Origin: Blepharisma stoltei ATCC 30299
Taxonomy: Eukaryota; Protista; Ciliophora
Direction of reading: 5' to 3'
NCBI GenBank assembly: GCA_965603825.1
Contig: CBFDEM010000056.1
Coordinates: 248,001 to 312,000, forward strand
DNA: 64,000 nucleotides
Part shown: positions 59,144 to 64,000 of the stretch, piece by piece
Layout: each line of letters begins with the position of its first letter
Position numbering within the stretch: position 1 is the stretch's first letter
The notes under the pieces: model-generated
Told to the model about the DNA's origin: nothing
The model's database searches: none
What the model saw: the letters and a program-made list of their open reading frames with translations, nothing else
Position numbers and translations under genes: made by a program

Positions 59144-59998
59144 CTAAATAGTAAATACAGTGAAAGGAATTCGCATAAAGGTTTTTCCATAGGTTTTGCT
59201 TCTTGTGAAACTTTCCCTTTCCCTCATCTTAAACTCAAGAATTTTTCCTTTAGTTATTGGTTTTTCGTCATTAAAATTAATCTGAATAAGTGATACCTTA
59301 ATTGATTTCTGCTTGATATTATTCCTAGGAGGGCTGCTAATTGTGTTTGATATTATAACTTTATGGCTTTCTGGGCTCATTTCTTTGTGTACATTCATAA
59401 TTAAATTTAAAAAATCTTGGCTTGATTTTTTAGTCCCTTCAGAAAATACGTTTTTAGGGTCGAATAAATTTCTTTCGGTTTCTTCATATTTCTGTGCATT
59501 TAATAATCTTTTTCCTCTCGCATCTTTGACAAGCTCGTTAATTTTGAAATCAATTTCTGATTCGCTTTTTCGCAGTGCGACCATTTTTTTGATGGTATCA
59601 AAATGACCACTTAAAGTTTCAGTCAAGGTAATTTCTTTTCTTTTGACATTCTTTGCTTTGATTTTATCATCTAGAGTGATTTGCTCAGATGTTAAATTTT
59701 CATTGGGTTGCTTTTCTGCTGATAATTGTGAAGAAGTAAGGCGTGGGAGGGTCAAGGTTTCTACTTGAATTAGCTCCGATTGAGATCTCGCGTGACGATT
59801 TTTTGTAGGTTTAGGCTTCTCTTGAGAAGCAGGTGACTGTAACCGTGTCGTTGGTTTTGAAACTCTATTGAGGCTATGAAGATTGTGAGTCCAAATGTAT
59901 TTTGAATAGAGATTCGACTTTCTGATATTGGTGTTCACTGAGTAGATCCTTTGAGGATCGTAAAGAAGCACTTCATCGAAGGATGATCTTTTATTCAT
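59144..59998 (-). CDS. Hypothetical basic protein
   Basis: 284-aa ORF, ATG to TAG, flanked by AT-rich spacers. Confidence 0.7.
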   Translation of the reverse strand: MNKRSSFDEVLLYDPQRIYSVNTNIRKSNLYSKYIWTHNLHSLNRVSKPTTRLQSPASQEKPKPTKNRHARSQSELIQVETLTLPRLTSSQLSAEKQPNENLTSEQITLDDKIKAKNVKRKEITLTETLSGHFDTIKKMVALRKSESEIDFKINELVKDARGKRLLNAQKYEETERNLFDPKNVFSEGTKKSSQDFLNLIMNVHKEMSPESHKVIISNTISSPPRNNIKQKSIKVSLIQINFNDEKPITKGKILEFKMRERESFTRSKTYGKTFMRIPFTVFTI

Positions 59999-60446
59999 AT
60001 TTATCTTATATTGCCTTAATTAATTACTATTTTTTATTAATGATTCATCTTCATACCAGCTAAGCTTCATCAATCATACTAAATTTAATCAATACTTTAG
60101 TGTTTCATAGCTATTTAATTTATCAATTAAAGATTTAGCTGCTAATTGCTTATCATGTTAGAATAAAATTTGCATTTTTAAATAATTTGTTTTTCTCAAA
60201 ATTTATATATAAAATTATAAAAAGTTTTGATTTAAAAGAATGGTTTTTTATTAAATTAGTTAATTAATCTCCATTTCCTTGATTATAAAATTAGTCACAG
60301 CTATCTCTTTATCATTTGAATTTTAATTATAATTACCAGTATACAATTTTCTGGTAAATTGAGTCAAGAAACAATCTAAAACTTTTACAATCACAGAATA
60401 AAATCAAATCATTAGCAATTTCTATGCATATGAACTGTTAGAATAC

Positions 60447-60812
60447 CTAGTCTAGCTTGAAATCTTCTCCCCAATTACCAGTATCTCCTTCTTCCATGTC
60501 GAACCTTGTTTTGCTTTGATTTGAAGTTGATTTTAATTCGTTTTCATTTGCCATTACAACAAGATTCACTCTTTTTGGCGCAACGTATCGAGGTTCCATT
60601 TCTCTGAATAGTTCGTCAGAATTCTCTTCTTCATCCTTATGCTTCCTTCTTATAACTACAGGCGAGTAAGATTTTTCTGTTTCTACCTTTGGCTTTGTAG
60701 GTTCAATTTTTGAAATTTGTGGTTGGGTTGGAGCTGTCTGTTGGCCTGCAGGTCCACCTGGAGGGTAGCAGCGTTCTAAGATGAATTTCTCAAGAAAGCC
60801 AAAGCAACTCAT
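60447..60812 (-). CDS. Small hypothetical protein, possibly EBAG9/RCAS1-like C-terminus
   Basis: DELFREMEP...RF...GNWGED pattern; similarity judged from memory only. Confidence 0.55.
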   Translation of the reverse strand: MSCFGFLEKFILERCYPPGGPAGQQTAPTQPQISKIEPTKPKVETEKSYSPVVIRRKHKDEEENSDELFREMEPRYVAPKRVNLVVMANENELKSTSNQSKTRFDMEEGDTGNWGEDFKLD

Positions 60813-60939
60813 ATTTACTTAAATGAAATTCTGAATAATTCAATGTTTAAACAAGGAATAAAGTAGTAATTAATGCATATTAAACCATAAAGTTAGGCTG
60901 GTTTTTAATTATTTGATTTGGTAATACAAGTTAGCATAA

Positions 60940-63816
60940 TTAATTATTATGCACACATTGCTTCAATAAAGGCTTCTCATCTCTGGCTGTTTTCGTAAGC
61001 GAAAGCAGTCGATTTACCTTTAGCCTAGACTGGGTTTGACTAAGTCTTAAAACTGGTTGTGAAATTTCATTCATAAGCTGTTCTTTTCGATCAGTATATT
61101 TTGGATCATACAGCGGATTCCTCAATGGCTGCTTATAAGTGGTGCTTTTCTTCAAAATTCTGTCATTCTGAGTATTATTGTGGTCTTGGTTAAGCTCAGT
61201 TAATCTTGTCTGCAACGAAAAAATTTCTGCTCTAATCTCATTTCCTACACTAAGAGTCTTTGACTTTTCTCTCCTCTTCGAAGAATTTTTCATACAAGAT
61301 AATATAGGCGATTCGTCATCATTTCCAGTCCTATCTGTATATTCTCCTGGCAAAACTCCTTTGAATTGGAATTCAGTGATGCTGAACCTTGGCTCTTCCA
61401 TCTCGTTTTTTTCATATCGCGAAATTCCATTCCTCCTTTTTTCTTTTAAAGGAGTTTTGCTTCTTCTTTGTAAATAGCAATTTAATGAGTCTTTTAGTGA
61501 GGTCCTTGCGGTTTCATTGCTGCTCTTATATAAATCTTGACTTGAAAAAGTTGTCATTCCGCCTGTTGATTTTCGAGGGTTTGAGCTTGATCGTTGCAGG
61601 CTTTTAATTTTGCTGAGACGAGTAAAATAGTTTTGCTGGTAAATTTCTGATGGCGAATCAGGGGCTTCTTTATTTTTGAATAAAGAATTTCTTGAAGGAT
61701 GTTTGTCGTTAGAGTGCTTTAAAATAGTTGGGAGAGGGTTATTTTCCATTTTACTAAGTTCAGCCGAAATAGCGGTAACTTGAGCGTTCTCGTAATTTGT
61801 ATTCTTTTCTGCATTTTTTGATGTATCTAATTTTTGCTTTGTAATCTCTAACAGGTTGATCGTTTGATATTCAAGATTTGAAGGAATGTTAATAAGTTTA
61901 TCTGGAGAAATTCTTTTTTTGGAAGATTTAGCAAGAGATTTTATGAATTTTTCAGTATTAGAACAATTACTGGGCTTTGGAGATGATTTTTGTTTTGAGA
62001 GTTTAGGTGATTCTGCTAGATTTGGTTCTATAGGAAATGAATATTTTAAAGGTCCATCTAGTGTTGAGTTTTTATTGAGATCTAATTCATTTTCCAGTAA
62101 GTTTTTTTGCAAAATATTATTTTCTATGACTGGGGAAATAATTTGAGGGGAAGACTCAATGGATTCCTTCATCGAATCTAAATTTTCTGTTTTTGAGGTA
62201 TTGCAAAATAAGTTATCAATCATTTTGCAGGGCGAGAATACAGAAGCTTCATTACCAGGGCTCTTAATATTAGAGTCTGAAATAGCTAAAAGATTTGTTG
62301 GTTCTTGGTCAACATTATATAAATTTGAGTTTACTTTACTTTCTTCTAAGACTTGCTCAGAATAAGATGAATTATTTTCTTTTAAACTTTGATTGCGCTC
62401 TGAAAAAAGAACTACTTCCAAAGAGCATTTTTCAGAATTTGGCTCATTTTCAGTGATAAGCCTAGCATTCTCTTTAATACCTACTGATTTTTCACAAATA
62501 GCCTTGTTTTGTTCAGCTATGTCAATCCTTTTTTCATTTTTTTCTATGGTATTAAAAACTAGATCATTACTATTTTGGCTCTTTTCTTCTTTCGCAATTG
62601 TATTGGAGACTTCATTTTCTGCATCAGACTTTTCCGGAAATATAAATTTATTAGCTTTTGAGCTAGGATACAATACTGGCTCTTCTATTGCAGAGGCTTT
62701 GAAAATTGCTTTAGAAGCTTCTTCAATAGGTTTCTCAGACAATTCAGACTTCCCGAGGTCTTTTTCGCAAAATTCTGCTATTAATAATTTGTTATCTTCC
62801 TCATTATTTTTATTCTCTTTTTCTTTAGATTTAAGCACAGAATCCTTATCTCTCTTGTCTTCAGAGCTATCTTGCAAAATGGCCATATCTTGAGAAAAAT
62901 CGGGATCTATTCTTTCTTTTTCCTCATCATAGAAAGTTTTTTGTACTTCTTGATTATTTGATATAGCGTTATTAATTGAACTTGTGTTGCTAATCCATGA
63001 TCTTTCGAAAACTCTTGGCGTATCTGCATTTATTTCCCCAGGATATGAAGCAATAGGCCTATCAAGTGAAGTGTACACAGATAAATCTTGATTAGAGCTT
63101 CTGTCAATTTTAAAGCACTCAAAAGAAGGTTCCTCCTCAAAAAAAATTTTTTTTGGAGTCTGATTTAAGTTTTCCTCAGTTAGGTTAATAGGTGTAACTA
63201 CTTCTTCTATCTCAAAAGTTTCAGGGATTTTGTCAGGCTGCTCATTTTCTAACTTTATTATGCCTCCATTGCTTTCAAATACTCCTGCCCCTTCAATAGA
63301 AAACGAAGGAGCACGGCTGTATAATGAAACTGCAGGTTTCACCTGAGACGTTTCAACTGGTCCAGAATAGGAAAGACTTTTCTTTCAAGTTCGAGATTTA
63401 ACATAGTCACATTTTCTTCTTAAATCCGGATCAACTGGTACAAATAGCGATCTTAATACTTTGCATCAATCATCATGTACTTTTTTGTTTTCTGCATATA
63501 ATATAAATACCCTATCAGTTGTAACCATTTCCAAAGGATAATTAAAGTCACATTTGTCTTTAGTCTTCGGGTTTGGCTCAAAACCAACTATTTCAGCTAT
63601 TTTATATGATTTTTCTGGTATAGCATTGGAGTGACTCTGGGTGTAATAAAAAACTCCATGAATTAAATCGAGCACAAACCATCGTTTTGTGAATTTTGAA
63701 AGGAACCATACGACTTTCTTCTCATGCTTTAGTTTCTTCAAATAGCTCTGCATTATTTTTGGTCCCTGAGTTTTAATTACCTTATAGTGAGGATCAATGT
63801 TGAAGCATTCTGCCAT
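60940..63816 (-). CDS. N-terminal PH domain + long E/K/N/S-rich disordered protein (958 aa)
   Basis: SYLKKL...KRWFVL...FYY...RVFILYAE...DD[W=TGA 63466], the invariant PH Trp; joins ORF 60940..63342 in frame. Confidence 0.88.
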
Positions 63817-64000
63817 CTTAATAATGCTAGATTTTACGGAATTTAATATAATAATGATTGCAAGTCCTTTATAGCAGACTCTAGCGCTTTAATAAAAGCT
63901 AGTAATTCACCTTTTAAGTATATAAAGTAGGCTAAAAATCTGTTGATATTATTTTATTTATAACTCAATAAAATTTTATATTTTAATTAAAAATAATTAT

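Noticed and set aside
498-62893. Numerous antisense or alternate-frame ORFs in the track (e.g. 584..910, 15076..15519, 41568..41864, 52408..52815, 62393..62893)
   Set aside because: Shadow frames of well-supported genes, with no motifs
10839-63816. TGA as selenocysteine or cysteine
   Set aside because: TGAs align with conserved Trp positions in non-redox proteins and with TGG in the paralog; too numerous for Sec
1-64000. IESs, transposons, CRISPR, rRNA
   Set aside because: No TA-bounded insertions disrupting CDSs, no transposase motifs, no repeat-spacer arrays or rRNA signatures seen; consistent with somatic macronuclear DNA

Overview
Gene-dense, AT-rich eukaryotic DNA, not prokaryotic. The supplied ORF track is fragmented because TGA is read as Trp and only TAA/TAG terminate. 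Several genes carry 15-nt GT...AG introns with an A at position 10. That combination points to a heterotrich ciliate macronuclear genome, most likely Blepharisma (inference). Re-read with TGA=Trp, the window holds about 31 protein genes. They include DCAF13/Sof1, centrin, a CBM20-TPS/TPP, a dual-specificity phosphatase, a TPR protein, an inactive M16 peptidase, a CCP deglutamylase, PABP, Tul1-like and RNF115-like E3 ligases, cyclin B, DPP3, a kelch protein, NPRL2, a 2441-aa SZT2, two C2/DUF1765-like paralogs, a CNBD K+ channel, TTLL6-like, CNOT1, a tandem-WWE protein, a TBC GAP and a PH protein. The most notable observation is a GATOR1 subunit (NPRL2) head-to-head with the KICSTOR scaffold SZT2; the ORF track splits SZT2 into about 10 pieces. 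Other points of interest: an apparent 20-nt intron, a TGA as the last sense codon, overlapping convergent CDSs, predicted pseudo-enzymes and two unexplained structured intergenic blocks. I recognised no rRNA, tRNA, telomere, IES, transposase or CRISPR. All homology calls come from motif recognition by eye, with no database search.
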